A DNA stretch of 64,000 nucleotides. Source: an uncultured Acidobacteriota bacterium. Its GTDB lineage: Bacteria; Acidobacteriota; Thermoanaerobaculia; UBA5066; Gp7-AA6. Under the pieces are notes generated by a model. The model did not search any database. It was not told the origin of the DNA and saw only the letters and a list, made by a program, of their open reading frames with translations. The translations under genes and the position numbers were made by a program. Position 1 is the stretch's first letter; each line of letters begins with the position of its first letter. Shown here in pieces: positions 19,983-31,202 of the stretch. The stretch covers positions 135,917 to 199,916 of the forward strand of contig CAWDSI010000005.1 of assembly GCA_963804915.1 (NCBI GenBank), given 5' to 3'.

Positions 19983-20858
19983 ATGGAAATCAGCTCCAAG
20001 CTCGTGAACGCTCTGCGCACGGAAACCGGCGCCGGGATGATGGACTGCAAGAAGGCGCTCGTCGAAGCCCAGGGCGATTTCGACGAAGCGAAGAAGATCC
20101 TCCGCAAGAAGGGCCTCGCCGCCGCGGCGTCGAAGGCCGGCCGGGCGGCTTCCGAGGGCCTCGTCGTGGCGCACGTCACGGTCAAGGGCGCGGTCCTCGT
20201 CGAGGTGAACTGCGAGACGGACTTCGTCGCGCGCACCGAGGATTTCCGGGTCTTCGCCGAGAAGCTCGCCGACCGCATCGCGGCGCACGACGCCTTCGGC
20301 GACACGCGCACGGGCGACGTGGCCGAGCTCTCGAAGCTGTCCTGGCCGGGCGGAGAGACCGTGGGCGACGCGGTCACGCAGATGATCGCGGTGCTCAAGG
20401 AGAACATCCAGGTCCGCCGGTTCGCCCGTCTGACGCCGCGGGCCGACGAGACCTTCGCGAGCTACATCCACGGCAACGGCCGGATCGGCGTCGTCGTCGG
20501 CCTGCCGGGCGGAGACGAGGCCCTCGGCAAAGACCTCGCGATGCACATCGCCGCGTCGGACCCGCGCTTCGCATCGCGCGGGGAGGTTTCGGCCGACATC
20601 CTCACGACCGAGCGCGAGATCGCCCGCGCTCAGGCCACGGCGGCCGGCAAGCCGGCCAACGTCGTCGAGCGGATCGCCGACGGAAAAGTCGAGAAGTTCT
20701 ACCAGGAGGCCGTGCTCGTCGAGCAGGCCTTCGTCAAGGATCCCGAAAAGACGGTCGGCCAGATCGTCGTCGAGCGCGCGGGCAAGGGCGCCCTCGACCT
20801 GCGCTTCGTCCGGTTCAAGCTGGGCGAGGGCGCGGGGCGAGCCGAAGAAGCGGCCTAA
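19983..20858 (+). CDS. tsf: Translation elongation factor Ts
   Basis: ORF 19968..20858 contains LRTETGAGMMDCKKALVEAQGDFDEAKKILRKKG (UBA-like N-terminus). I prefer ATG 19983 over the upstream TTG 19968. Confidence 0.9.
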   Translation: MEISSKLVNALRTETGAGMMDCKKALVEAQGDFDEAKKILRKKGLAAAASKAGRAASEGLVVAHVTVKGAVLVEVNCETDFVARTEDFRVFAEKLADRIAAHDAFGDTRTGDVAELSKLSWPGGETVGDAVTQMIAVLKENIQVRRFARLTPRADETFASYIHGNGRIGVVVGLPGGDEALGKDLAMHIAASDPRFASRGEVSADILTTEREIARAQATAAGKPANVVERIADGKVEKFYQEAVLVEQAFVKDPEKTVGQIVVERAGKGALDLRFVRFKLGEGAGRAEEAA

Positions 20859-21023
20859 GCTCGGACTCCTGGCGGCCCGCTGCGCGGGCCAGCGGACGGG
20901 GGAGGGGAAGTCGCCGTGCGGACCCTCTCCCTCACAACGGCATCGCCGTTCCTTCACCCTTCGACGGAGACTATTCGCGCCGCGAGCCCACATTTTCGGT
21001 TTCGCGGTTAAGATCCCGCCTGC

Positions 21024-21758
21024 ATGTCCCAGACCCCCGTCTATCGACGCATCCTCCTGAAGCTCTCGGGGGAGGCGTTGATGGGGGACCAGAGGTTCGG
21101 TATCGCGCCGGACGTGGTCGCCCGTCTCGCCGACGAGATCAAGGAGGTCCACGCCCTCGGGGTCGAGACCGCGGTCGTCCTCGGCGGGGGGAACATCATC
21201 CGGGGTGTCTCGGCGGCCGCGCAGGGCATCGACCGCGTGGCCGGCGACCACATGGGCCTCCTCGCGACGGTGATCAACGGACTGGCCCTGCAGGACGCGC
21301 TCGACAAACGCGGAGTCACGACGCGCCTGATGTCGGCCGTCGAGATCCGCCAGATCGCCGAGCCTTTCATCCGGCGGCGGGCCATCCGCCATCTCGAGAA
21401 GGGCCGCGTCGTCCTCTTCGTCGCGGGCACCGGGAATCCGTTCTTCACCACCGACTCCGCCGCGGCCCTCCGCGCCAACGAGATCCACGCCGAGGTCCTC
21501 CTGAAGGCGACGAAGGTCGACGGCGTCTATGACGCCGATCCGAATCGCGACGCGACCGCCAAGTTCCTCAAGACGCTCTCCTACCGGCAGGCGCTGGAGG
21601 CCGGGCTGCAGGTCATGGACGCCGCGGCCGTCGCGCTCTGCATGGAAAACGGGATTCCGATCAAGGTCTTCAATCTCAAGGTCCAGGGCAACATCCAGCG
21701 GGTCGTCACCGGGGAGGACATCGGCTCGCTGGTCAGCGCAGGGGGAGCCGAGGCATGA
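21024..21758 (+). CDS. pyrH: UMP kinase
   Basis: 244-aa ORF with [22 protein letters not shown] and [12 protein letters not shown]. Confidence 0.92.
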   Translation: MSQTPVYRRILLKLSGEALMGDQRFGIAPDVVARLADEIKEVHALGVETAVVLGGGNIIRGVSAAAQGIDRVAGDHMGLLATVINGLALQDALDKRGVTTRLMSAVEIRQIAEPFIRRRAIRHLEKGRVVLFVAGTGNPFFTTDSAAALRANEIHAEVLLKATKVDGVYDADPNRDATAKFLKTLSYRQALEAGLQVMDAAAVALCMENGIPIKVFNLKVQGNIQRVVTGEDIGSLVSAGGAEA

Positions 21759-22309
21759 GACAGGAGCTCAAGGACATCGAGAAGCACATGTCCGACGCGA
21801 TCGCAGCCCTGAAGGAGCGGTTCAAGACGCTCCGCACCGGGCGCGCGAACCTGGGCATGCTCGACGGCATCCTCGTGTCGGCGTACGGCGCCGACGTGCC
21901 GATCAACCAGGTGGCGAACCTCTCGGTGCCCGAGCCCACTCTGATCGTGGCGGCTCCCTGGGATCCGAAGATGGCGATCGAAATCGAGCGGGCCATTCGC
22001 AAGTCCGAGCTGGGCCTGAACCCCCAGAACGACGGCAAGGTGGTGCGCATCCCCATTCCGCCTCTGACCGAGGAGCGGCGCAAGGATCTCGCCAAGACGG
22101 CGCATCACATGGCCGAGGAGGCCCGCGTCGAGATTCGGCGCTACCGGCACGAGGGCAACGACCGCTTGAAGAAAATGTTCAAGGACAAGGAGATCTCGGA
22201 AGACGACGAGCGCCGGGGCCTCGAGGAATCGCAGAAGATCACCGACAAGAAGGTCAAGGAGGTCGACGACCTCCTGAAGTCGAAGGAGCAGGAGATCCTG
22301 GCGGTTTAG
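21755..22309 (+). CDS. frr: Ribosome recycling factor
   Basis: 184-aa ORF with [27 protein letters not shown]. The ATG overlaps the pyrH stop (ATGA). Confidence 0.92.
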   Translation: MRQELKDIEKHMSDAIAALKERFKTLRTGRANLGMLDGILVSAYGADVPINQVANLSVPEPTLIVAAPWDPKMAIEIERAIRKSELGLNPQNDGKVVRIPIPPLTEERRKDLAKTAHHMAEEARVEIRRYRHEGNDRLKKMFKDKEISEDDERRGLEESQKITDKKVKEVDDLLKSKEQEILAV

Positions 22310-22618
22310 CGTTAGTCCTGGGACATGGCGTCAGTGCCCTGCGCCGACGTTCCCCCAGATGGCCTCGCCTCGCGAACGAGGGACCTCTTGAAAAGCCCGC
22401 GGCCGCGACGGCGGGCGCTCGTGCTGAAGCGTTCCGCGTAAAGCGACGGCATCTCATCCTGGTGCCCGCCGGACCACTCACCGCGGTCTGGCGACGAGAT
22501 TCCGATTCTGCCGGGTCTATCGCCCCTTTGAGCCCGGATGGTGCGATAAAGTCCGAATCCCGCGATGCAGAATCGAACAGTGGCCGCGGCGCGCGTTCTG
22601 CGCTTCCTGTAGCGCGGC

Positions 22619-24038
22619 ATGCTGTTCAACACCTGGCAATTCTGGGGCTTCCTCGCGGTGGTGCTCCCGCTCTATTGGGCGCTGCCTTTCCGCTGGCAGA
22701 ACCGGATGCTGATCGTGGCCAGCTACTTCTTCTACGGCTGCTGGAACTGGCGATTCCTACCCTTGATCGCGGGTTCCACGCTCATGGATTACTGGCTCGG
22801 CGTCGCGGTCGCACGTGCGAAGGGAACCCGCTCGCGGAATCGACTGGTGGCGATTTCGGTCGTCGTCAACCTGGCGCTCCTCGGCTTCTTCAAGTACTAC
22901 GGCTTCTTCGCGCGCGAGGCCGACGAGTTCTTCAGCCGGGTCGGCGTGCCGTTCAGCCTGCCTTTCTGGGCGATCGTTCTTCCCGTGGGCATTTCTTTCT
23001 ACACATTCCAGAGCATGAGCTACGTCATCGACATCGGTCGGGGCGTCGGCGAACCGGCCAAGAACTTCCGGGACTTCGCGTTGTACGTGTCGTTCTTTCC
23101 GCATCTCGTGGCGGGTCCGATCATGCGTTCGGGCAACTCGGAAAACGGCGTCGGCCTTCTCAAGCAGATCCAGGCTCCCCGTGTCTATCGCGACGGCGAT
23201 TTCCAGGAAGGCCTGTACCTCGTGCTCCTCGGGTTGTTCAAGAAAGTCGTGATCGGCGACAACATGGCGACGCTCGTGAACTCCGTATTCCAGGCTCCTC
23301 TGGCGTCGTTGACGGGTCCCGAATGCATTGCCGGCGTCTATGCTTTCGCGCTGCAGATTTATGCCGACTTTTCCGGTTACAGTTCGATCGCCCAGGGAGT
23401 GGCCAAGTGGATGGGTATCGACCTGATGGTGAACTTCCGGATGCCCTATCTCGCGGTGAGTCCGAGCGACTTCTGGCGGCGATGGCACATCAGTCTCTCG
23501 ACCTGGCTTCGGGACTACGTGTACATCCCACTCGGCGGCAACCGGCGGGGCCGTCTCGGCACCTACCGCAACCTCATGATCACCATGATTCTGGGCGGCA
23601 TCTGGCACGGAGCGAACTGGACATTCGCCGCATGGGGCGTGTTTCACGGCGGGCTGCTCTGGGCCTATCGCCTCGTCGACCGGTAAGGGCCAGGATCGTA
23701 CGCTGCACGACTACTCGTTCCTCGGCGGCGCCGTTCGCGCTTTCGTGCTGTTCCAGCTGGTCTGCGTCGGCTGGTTGCTGTTCCGCGCCGCGACGATCGG
23801 GCAGGCCTGGGAGATGTTCCGTCTCGCGGTGACGGACTTTCGAATGACTCCGTTCGCCCGGATGGTCGCGGAATCGATGGTGTTCTACGCCGTGCCGCTG
23901 CTGGTCTACGAGTACTGGGTGGAGAAGCGCCAGGACCTCACGGCGCTCGATCCGAGTCAGATTGGAAAGCCCCGGGCCACTGCGTATTCGTACGCCGTGC
24001 TCATGCTGATCTTCTTCCCGGCTCCCAAACGTCCATGA
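22619..24038 (+). CDS. MBOAT-family membrane O-acyltransferase (AlgI/DltB/PatA-like); one frame change near 23670-23690
   Basis: ORF 22619..23686 contains [63 protein letters not shown] (the MBOAT catalytic His region). The C-terminal TM segments continue in ORF 23745..24038 ([14 protein letters not shown]..). Confidence 0.85.
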
Positions 24039-25149
24039 GTTTATTTACTTCCAATTTTAAGTCCGAGACGAAGGTCCTGCTGACAGTCGTCGCGTTGACG
24101 TCGGCGTGCGAGCTCGCGCTGCGGATCGGGTCTGAGCGGCTGTCGAGCCGACGTCACCCACATCCGGTCGATCCCGGCAGTGGCGGCATCGCTGAAGGCC
24201 CGAGACGGCGAGCGCCTTCTCGTGCTCGGAAATTCGCTCACGCGCGAAGGCGTCGATATCGCAACGCTGCGCAAAGCAGCTCGAATGCGGCTCGTCACTC
24301 GGGTGAGCGCCGAGTCCGTGCATCCGGACGATACGGCATCCTCGACTGGTACTACATGTTCCGAAACAATTTTTCGGGCGAGAACGCCCTCGACTGGGTC
24401 GTGATCCCGTTCGCACGCGGGCAGCTGTACGACTCGAACCCGATCCACGCGGAACGGATCGCCGCGTACTTCGGAGGATGGGCGAACGCGGCGGAGATGC
24501 TGAGGCTCGACTTGACCTCGCTCGAGCGATCGGTTCGGATACCTCCTGGCATGCTGCGCTCCACATCTTCTCGGAGAGCGACCGGGTCCGAGTCCGCGTG
24601 CTGAGCGCCGCAGTCCCGGATTATCGTCAGACGGCCCGGCGGCTGAACGAGGCCGTGCGTAGAGAGTCGGGTGGACCGGCCCGTCACGGGACCGCAATCG
24701 TATACGCGGCTCGTCCGGCTTCTCCGCCTGTGCCGGCAGCGCAACGTCCGCGCCGTCTTTGTCGCCATGCCGCAGGGGGAGGTGTACGGCCTCAATCCGG
24801 GACTGCAAGGCGGTCCTTGCCGACAACGGCTCGGAATTGCTCGACATGCGCCGCACCAAGGAACTGAGTGCCGACTGACTTTTCCGACCGTATGCACCTC
24901 TCCCCGCGTGGAGCGAAGACCTTCAGCCAGCTTCTCGGAGGCGAACTGCGGAAGCGGGTTTGCGAGCCGGCCCCCAGCGACGAAAGGCCCGCCGCCGGCG
25001 GGCCGGGCGACGCCGGGGCCCCGGCTCCCGCGCGGATCTCAGAGGCCGTTCCGGAGCACGCCATACCGACGTACAAGACATACCGATCACGAGATCGGAA
25101 GGACGGGCCACGAGGGAATCCGGCCATGGGGAATGCATGCGCCTCCTGA
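24035..25149 (+). pseudogene. SGNH/AlgJ-DltD-like partner of the MBOAT (periplasmic O-acyltransferase/esterase); the frame is broken at least 5 times
   Basis: The ATG overlaps the MBOAT stop (ATGA). An N-terminal TM anchor (KVLLTVVALTSACEL) is followed by conserved pieces in alternating frames: ERLLVLGNSLTREG (block I-like), LDWYYMFRNNF..LDWVVIPFARGQLYD, RAVFVAMPQGEVYGLNP and DFSDRMHLSPRGAKTF (DxxH block V-like). ORF-track pieces are 24035.., 24180.., 24478.., 24671.. and 24868... The 3' end is uncertain. Confidence 0.5.
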
Positions 25150-25794
25150 CGGTGGTCGCGGCCGGTCGGGGCGAGCGCCTCGGCCGCGCCGAGCCGAAGG
25201 CGCTCGTCGCCGTCGCAGGACGGCCGCTCCTCGAGTGGGCGCTGGAATCGCTGGCAGCAGCGGAATTCGATCGAACCGTCGTCGTCGCCCCGGCCGAAAG
25301 TCTCGAGGCATTCCGCCGGGTGGCTGGTCCCCCCGTGGCGGTCGTCGCGGGCGGCGACACCCGCTCGAAGTCCGTGAGGCGCAGGCTTCGAGGCGCTCAA
25401 CGCCTCGGACGAGGACGTCGTCGCGGTTCACGACGCCGCCCGCCCTCTCGTGACGGCGGCCGAAGCGTCGGCGGTCGTGGCCGCGGCGGCGCGGATGGGC
25501 GCGGCGATCGCCGCGATCCCGGTCGTCGACACCATCAAGGTCGTCCATGAACACCGGGCCGTGCGCACCGTCGATCGATCGTCGCTCTGGGCCGCTGCGA
25601 CGCCCCAGGCGTTTCGCGCCGCGGTCCTCCGCCGCGTCCTGGAGTCCGGGGGAGACGCGACCGACGAAGCCGCGCTGTGCGAGGATCTGGGGATTCCGGT
25701 CGAGGTCGTCGCAATCTCCCGTCTGGGCTTCAAGATCACGACGCCCGCGGATCTGGAGCTTGCGGAGGCCGTCCTCCGTGCGCGGAAGGGGTAG
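25137..25794 (+). CDS. ispD: 2-C-methyl-D-erythritol 4-phosphate cytidylyltransferase; one frame change near 25377
   Basis: N-terminus: MRLLTVVAAGRGERLGRAEPKALVAVAGRPLLEWAL..VVAGGDTRSKSV (frame of ORF 24960..). It continues as GFEALNASDEDVVAVHDAARPLVTAAE..IPVVDTIK..TPQAF (frame of ORF 25450..25794). Confidence 0.85.
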
Positions 25795-25803
25795 GGAGCG
25801 CCG

Positions 25804-26286
25804 ATGGGATCGAGAGTGGGGCTCGGCTTCGATGCGCATCCGTTTGCGGCGGGCCGCGTCCTGCGGCTGGGAGGCGTCGCGATCCCGCACGAGTCCGGAC
25901 TCGAGGGTCACTCGGATGGAGATGCTCTGCTCCATGCCCTGACGGACGCCGTGCTCGGTGCGGCCGGTGCCGGTTCGATCGGCGATCACTTCCCGCCGAG
26001 CGATCCGGCGTGGAAGGGCGCGGACAGCGCGACGTTTCTCCGGAAGGCGGCCGAGCTCGCGCGCGCTCGCGGATACTCGGTCGGCAACGTCGACGCCGTC
26101 GTCGTGGCCGAGGCGCCGAAGCTCGCTCCGCACGTGCCGGCGATCCGCGCCCGCATCGCCGAGATCCTGGGCGTCTCGCCCGAGGCCGTCAGCGTGCGCG
26201 GCACGAGCTCGAACGGCCTGGGATTCCCGGGGCGCCGCGACGGCCTCGCCGCGATGGCGGTCGCGCTGCTCACGGACGGGTCGTGA
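25804..26286 (+). CDS. ispF: 2-C-methyl-D-erythritol 2,4-cyclodiphosphate synthase
   Basis: 160-aa ORF with VGLGFDAHPF..GHSDGDALLHALTDAVLGA..GDHFPPSDP.. Confidence 0.92.
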   Translation: MGSRVGLGFDAHPFAAGRVLRLGGVAIPHESGLEGHSDGDALLHALTDAVLGAAGAGSIGDHFPPSDPAWKGADSATFLRKAAELARARGYSVGNVDAVVVAEAPKLAPHVPAIRARIAEILGVSPEAVSVRGTSSNGLGFPGRRDGLAAMAVALLTDGS

Positions 26287-27014
26287 TCCTGACGCGCCTC
26301 CATCCCATCGAGGAGGCCGTGCGCGCCCGCCCTCGCGAGATCGAATGGGTGCTCTTCGACTCGGAGCGCCGCGATCGCCGGATCAACTCCCTCATGACGC
26401 TCTGCCGTTCGAACGGCGTGGCGGTCCGCTTCGGGAGCCGGGAGGCCCTGGACCGGGCCGCCGGGTCCGGGCATCAGGGGGCCGTGGCCCGGATGGCCGT
26501 TCGGGGATATCTCGAGGAAGAGGCGGCGCTGGAGGGGAAGCGCGGGGGCCGGTTCCTGCTGCTCCTGGACGAGGTCCAGGACCCCCAGAATCTGGGGGCC
26601 GTCCTCCGGGTGGCGGAGGGCCTCGGGGCGGGGGTGGTCGTGCCCGAACGGGGGACGGCGCCCCTTTCGGAGGCCGTCGCCCGGGCCTCGGCGGGGGCTG
26701 TCGAGCGCGTGTCCGTCGTTCGCGTCAAGAACCTCCGCCGTTTCATCGATCGCCTTAAGAATGAAGGCTTTCGGGTCGTGGGGCTGGACCCGGCGGGGGC
26801 GACTCTCTACGAGCTGGACCTGACCGGAGACCTGGCCCTCGTCCTCGGCGCCGAGGGCCGGGGCATGCGGAGGCTGGTCCGGGAAGGCTGCGACCTGCTC
26901 GCGCGGCTTCCCATGGCCGGGGCGGTAGGGTCCCTGAACGTCTCCACGGCCGCCGCCGCCGCCGGTTACGAGGCCGTCCGCCAGCGAGGCCAAGAAACCC
27001 AAAAGAGGTCTTGA
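26283..27014 (+). CDS. rlmB: SpoU/TrmH-family 23S rRNA 2'-O-methyltransferase (RlmB-like)
   Basis: This is the C-terminal part of ORF 25677..27014. The GTG at 26283 overlaps the ispF stop (GTGA). It contains HQGAVARM..LLLLDEVQDPQNLGAVLRVAEGLGA..LVLGAEGRGMRRLV..GAVGSLNVSTAAA. Confidence 0.75.
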   Translation: MILTRLHPIEEAVRARPREIEWVLFDSERRDRRINSLMTLCRSNGVAVRFGSREALDRAAGSGHQGAVARMAVRGYLEEEAALEGKRGGRFLLLLDEVQDPQNLGAVLRVAEGLGAGVVVPERGTAPLSEAVARASAGAVERVSVVRVKNLRRFIDRLKNEGFRVVGLDPAGATLYELDLTGDLALVLGAEGRGMRRLVREGCDLLARLPMAGAVGSLNVSTAAAAAGYEAVRQRGQETQKRS

Positions 27015-27039
27015 TCGAGTGATTTGGCGCTGCTAGACT
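27011..27039 (+). promoter_or_regulatory. Sigma70-like promoter candidate (TTGATC-N17-TAGACT) for the tRNA-tuf transcription unit
   Basis: TTGATC at 27011..27016, a 17-nt spacer, then TAGACT at 27034..27039. This is ~95 nt upstream of the first tRNA. Confidence 0.35.
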
Positions 27040-27133
27040 CCGCGATTCACGCCGGTCGGGATAGCTCTTGGTGTGTTCTTTGAATGCCGGCTGGGACTAT
27101 CGAATCGAGGATTTCGGCGACATACGTGCACGC

Positions 27134-27209
27134 GCCGGCGTAGCTCAACTGGTAGAGCACCCGATTTGTAATCGGGAGGTTGCGGGTTCAAGTCCCTTCG
27201 CCGGCTCCA
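27134..27209 (+). tRNA. tRNA-Thr (anticodon TGT)
   Basis: Hand-folded cloverleaf: acceptor GCCGGCG/CGCCGGC, D-arm TAGCTCAACTGGTAGAGC, anticodon stem CCCGA/TCGGG with loop TTTGTAA, T-loop TTCAAGT, encoded CCA. There is one C-U mismatch in the T stem. Confidence 0.85.
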
Positions 27210-27254
27210 GAGAAAAACCGATCGGCGGGCAGTTTGGGTTTCGTGATCGAGCAC

Positions 27255-27341
27255 GGGCAGTTGGCCGAGTGGTTAATGGCAGCAGACTGTAAATCTGCCG
27301 CGCTTTGCGCTACGGAGGTTCAAATCCTTCACTGCCCACCA
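27255..27341 (+). tRNA. tRNA-Tyr (anticodon GTA), long variable arm
   Basis: Acceptor GGGCAGT/ACTGCCC, anticodon stem GCAGA/TCTGC with loop CTGTAAA, long variable arm, T-arm GGAGG-TTCAAAT-CCTTC, encoded CCA. Confidence 0.9.
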
Positions 27342-27376
27342 TGAAGAGCGCGAGTCGGCATGAAGCATCGCAAAGC

Positions 27377-27451
27377 GCGGGAGTAACTCAGGGGTAGAGT
27401 CACAGCCTTCCAAGCTGTTGGTCGCGGGTTCGAATCCCGTCTCCCGCTCCA
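27377..27451 (+). tRNA. tRNA-Gly (anticodon TCC)
   Basis: Acceptor GCGGGAG/CTCCCGC, anticodon stem ACAGC/GCTGT with loop CTTCCAA, T-arm GCGGG-TTCGAAT-CCCGT, encoded CCA. Confidence 0.9.
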
Positions 27452-27593
27452 TAGAGACGGCGGACGGTACGCGGTTCGGGTGGTGGTCGGTCGGGGTGGC
27501 GCAGTCGTGAGGCGAGGGACGGAAGATCCGATGAATCAGACGATGGATGTCGGTTCGCCTTCCGGCTCCGGCCTCACGCCTGGCGGCGTGAGC

Positions 27594-27669
27594 GCCCACG
27601 TAGCTCAGTTGGTAGAGCACGTCCTTGGTAAGGACGAGGTCACCAGTTCAATCCTGGTCGTGGGCTCCA
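27594..27669 (+). tRNA. tRNA-Thr (anticodon GGT)
   Basis: Acceptor GCCCACG/CGTGGGC, D-arm TAGCTCAGTTGGTAGAGC, anticodon stem CGTCC/GGACG with loop TTGGTAA, T-arm ACCAG-TTCAATC-CTGGT, encoded CCA. Confidence 0.9.
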
Positions 27670-27716
27670 AGAGTCGCGAGGCCTGGGCGCCGCAGGCAGA
27701 GTGTTAGGGGAGACAG

Positions 27717-28910
<1,194 letters not shown>

Positions 28911-28913
28911 ACG

Positions 28914-29066
28914 ATGCAAGAGAACATCAGTCTCGCGTGTGCGGAGTGCAAGCGCCGGAACTACACGACGACCAAGAACAAGAAGACGAACACCGAGAAG
29001 CTGGAGCTGTCGAAGTACTGCCGGTTCTGCCGGAAGCACACGGCGCACAAGGAAGGGAAAGTCTAG
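28914..29066 (+). CDS. rpmG: 50S ribosomal protein L33
   Basis: 50-codon ORF below the ORF-track cutoff. My translation: [50 protein letters not shown] (CxxC...CxxC). It sits in the canonical tuf-rpmG-secE position. Confidence 0.9.
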   Translation: MQENISLACAECKRRNYTTTKNKKTNTEKLELSKYCRFCRKHTAHKEGKV

Positions 29067-29078
29067 CGGGTACCCGTT

Positions 29079-29155
<77 letters not shown>

Positions 29156-29198
29156 TTGACGTTCGCGACAGAGAAGACAGGCGGTCAACGAAAGAGAC

Positions 29199-29423
29199 AT
29201 GACTCCGATCAAAGAATGGTGGCCCCGGACGCGGGATTTCTTCCGCGACGTGTGGTCCGAGGTCAAGAAGGTGAGCTGGCCCGGCCGGCCCGAGGTCGTC
29301 GGGACGACGGTCGTCGTGATCGTCGCCTGCTTCCTCTTCGGCTTCTATCTGTTCCTGGTCGACAGCGGACTGTCGTGGCTGGTCGACAAGATCTTCCACG
29401 CGGCGGGAGTGGTTTCCGGATGA
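29199..29423 (+). CDS. secE: Preprotein translocase subunit SecE
   Basis: 74-aa ORF with [20 protein letters not shown] followed by a single TM helix ([17 protein letters not shown]). It lies immediately upstream of nusG. Confidence 0.85.
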   Translation: MTPIKEWWPRTRDFFRDVWSEVKKVSWPGRPEVVGTTVVVIVACFLFGFYLFLVDSGLSWLVDKIFHAAGVVSG

Positions 29424-29965
29424 TCACCGAGACGAAGGCAAAGAGCTGGTACATCGTCCACACGTACTCGGGCTTCGAGGAGCGTGTCCGGCAGAACCTC
29501 CGGCAACGCATCGAGGCCATGGGCATGCAGGACAAGTTCGGCGACATCCGCATCCCGACCGAGACGCTGGTCGAGATGAAGGGCGGGAAGCGCCGGGAGA
29601 TCCAGCGCAAGTTCTTCCCGGGCTACATCATCGTCGAGATGGAGATGTCGGACGAGGCGTGGCATCTCGTCAAGAACACTCCCAAGGTCACGGGCTTCGT
29701 CGGTTCCGGCAAGGAGCCCACGCCGCTGACCGCGGAGGAGGTCGAGCAGATCCTCCACCGCGTGACCTCCACCAAGGAGAAGCCCAAGCCCAAGCACACA
29801 TTCGAGAAGGGCGAGCACGTCCGGATCACGGACGGCCCGTTCACGAACTTCACCGGCGTGGTCGAGGAGATCAACCTCGACCGCTCGACGCTGAAGGTCA
29901 TGGTCACGATCTTCGGGCGCTCGACCCCGGTGGAGCTCGAGTTCCTGCAGGTCCAGAAGCTGTAA
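29420..29965 (+). CDS. nusG: Transcription termination/antitermination factor NusG
   Basis: The ATG at 29420 overlaps the secE stop (ATGA). Sequence: [62 protein letters not shown] (KOW). Confidence 0.92.
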   Translation: MITETKAKSWYIVHTYSGFEERVRQNLRQRIEAMGMQDKFGDIRIPTETLVEMKGGKRREIQRKFFPGYIIVEMEMSDEAWHLVKNTPKVTGFVGSGKEPTPLTAEEVEQILHRVTSTKEKPKPKHTFEKGEHVRITDGPFTNFTGVVEEINLDRSTLKVMVTIFGRSTPVELEFLQVQKL

Positions 29966-29984
29966 GCGAGGAAGAGGAACGCGC

Positions 29985-30407
29985 ATGGCCAAGAAGATCA
30001 CCGGCTACGTCAAGCTGCAGATTCCGGCGGGGGAGGCGACTCCCGCGCCGCCGGTCGGGCCCGCGCTGGGCCAGCAGGGCGTCAACATCATGGACTTCTG
30101 CAAGAACTTCAATGCCAGGACGGCCTCGCAGAAGGGCCTGATCATCCCGGTCGTCATCACGGTCTTTGCCGACCGGTCGTACACCTTCATCACGAAGACC
30201 CCGCCGGCGTCGATCCTGCTCCTGAAGGCGGCGGGCGTCCCGAAGGGCTCGGGCACGCCGAACAAGGAGAAGGTCGGCAAGGTCACGAAGCAGCAGGTCG
30301 AGGAGATCGCCCGGACCAAGATGCCCGACCTCAACGCGGCGGACCTGGCCGGGGCGATTCGCACCGTCGAGGGGACGGCGCGGCAGATGGGAATCGAGAT
30401 CGTTTAA
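29985..30407 (+). CDS. rplK: 50S ribosomal protein L11
   Basis: 140-aa ORF with [31 protein letters not shown]. Confidence 0.95.
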   Translation: MAKKITGYVKLQIPAGEATPAPPVGPALGQQGVNIMDFCKNFNARTASQKGLIIPVVITVFADRSYTFITKTPPASILLLKAAGVPKGSGTPNKEKVGKVTKQQVEEIARTKMPDLNAADLAGAIRTVEGTARQMGIEIV

Positions 30408-30488
30408 GTGAGTATCGCCGTCGCGTGACGGCGAAGGACAGTCGGAGATCGAGTCACGACTCGATCGTTTGCACGACGAAGGAGGACG

Positions 30489-31190
30489 ATGCCCAAAAGC
30501 GGTAAGAAGTTCCTGGCGGCCAAGGCCAAGGTGGAGACCCGTCCCTATCCTCTCCCCGAGGCCGTGAAGCTGGTGCGCGCCGTGCGCTATGCGAAGTTCG
30601 ACGAATCCGTCGACGTCGCGATGCTGCTCGGCGTGGACCCGAAGCACGCCGACCAGATGGTGCGCGGCACGGTGGTCCTGCCGCACGGCACCGGCAAGTC
30701 GAAACGCGTCGCGGTCATCGCGGGCGGCGACAAGGCCAGGGAAGCGCAGGAAGCCGGCGCCGATCACGTGGGCGCGGAGGAGCTGGTCGAGAAGATCCAG
30801 GGCGGGTTCCTCGAGTTCGAGGCCCTCGTCGCGACTCCGGACATGATGCGCCTCGTCGGCAAGCTCGGAAAGGTCCTCGGTCCGAAGGGACTGATGCCCA
30901 ACCCGAAGGCCGGCACGGTCACCATGGACGTCGGCAAGGCGGTCAAGGAGATCAAGGGCGGCAAGATCGAGTTCCGGGTCGACAAGACCTCGATCATCCA
31001 CGCTCCCATCGGGAAGGTCTCCTTCGACGAAAAGAAGCTCGAGGAGAACGCTTCGGCGTTCATCAAGGCCGTGCTCAAGGCGAAGCCCGCCGCGGCCAAG
31101 GGCAAGTATTTCCGGACCGTTTCCGTCTCCTCGACGATGGGTCCCGGGGTCGAGATCGACACATCGTCGATCGAGGCCGTCCCGGCATAG
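30489..31190 (+). CDS. rplA: 50S ribosomal protein L1
   Basis: 233-aa ORF with [54 protein letters not shown]. Confidence 0.95.
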   Translation: MPKSGKKFLAAKAKVETRPYPLPEAVKLVRAVRYAKFDESVDVAMLLGVDPKHADQMVRGTVVLPHGTGKSKRVAVIAGGDKAREAQEAGADHVGAEELVEKIQGGFLEFEALVATPDMMRLVGKLGKVLGPKGLMPNPKAGTVTMDVGKAVKEIKGGKIEFRVDKTSIIHAPIGKVSFDEKKLEENASAFIKAVLKAKPAAAKGKYFRTVSVSSTMGPGVEIDTSSIEAVPA

Positions 31191-31202
31191 CGAGGTCAAA
31201 CG

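Noticed and set aside
22312-22632. A 106-aa minus-strand ORF filling the frr-MBOAT gap.
   Set aside because: It has no recognisable motif, an Arg-rich composition and no SD, and it overlaps the MBOAT start. I treat the gap as non-coding or unknown.
25677-26282. The N-terminal 200 aa of the 445-aa ORF 25677..27014, and other ORFs overlapping ispD/ispF (25087..26133 minus, 25958..26758 plus).
   Set aside because: They are alternative-frame readings of ispD/ispF with Arg/Gly/Pro-rich composition. The real SpoU-type methyltransferase starts at GTG 26283, overlapping the ispF stop.
27452-27593. The 142-nt spacer between tRNA-Gly and tRNA-Thr contains tRNA-like fragments (GGGGTGGCGCAGTCG.., ..GGTTCGCCTTCCGG) and an 8-bp hairpin (CTCACGCC/GGCGTGAG) abutting tRNA-Thr.
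   Set aside because: I could not fold a cloverleaf from it; there is no matching acceptor stem or anticodon arm. It is probably a spacer or processing structure, or a decayed tRNA remnant, and is not annotatable as a gene.
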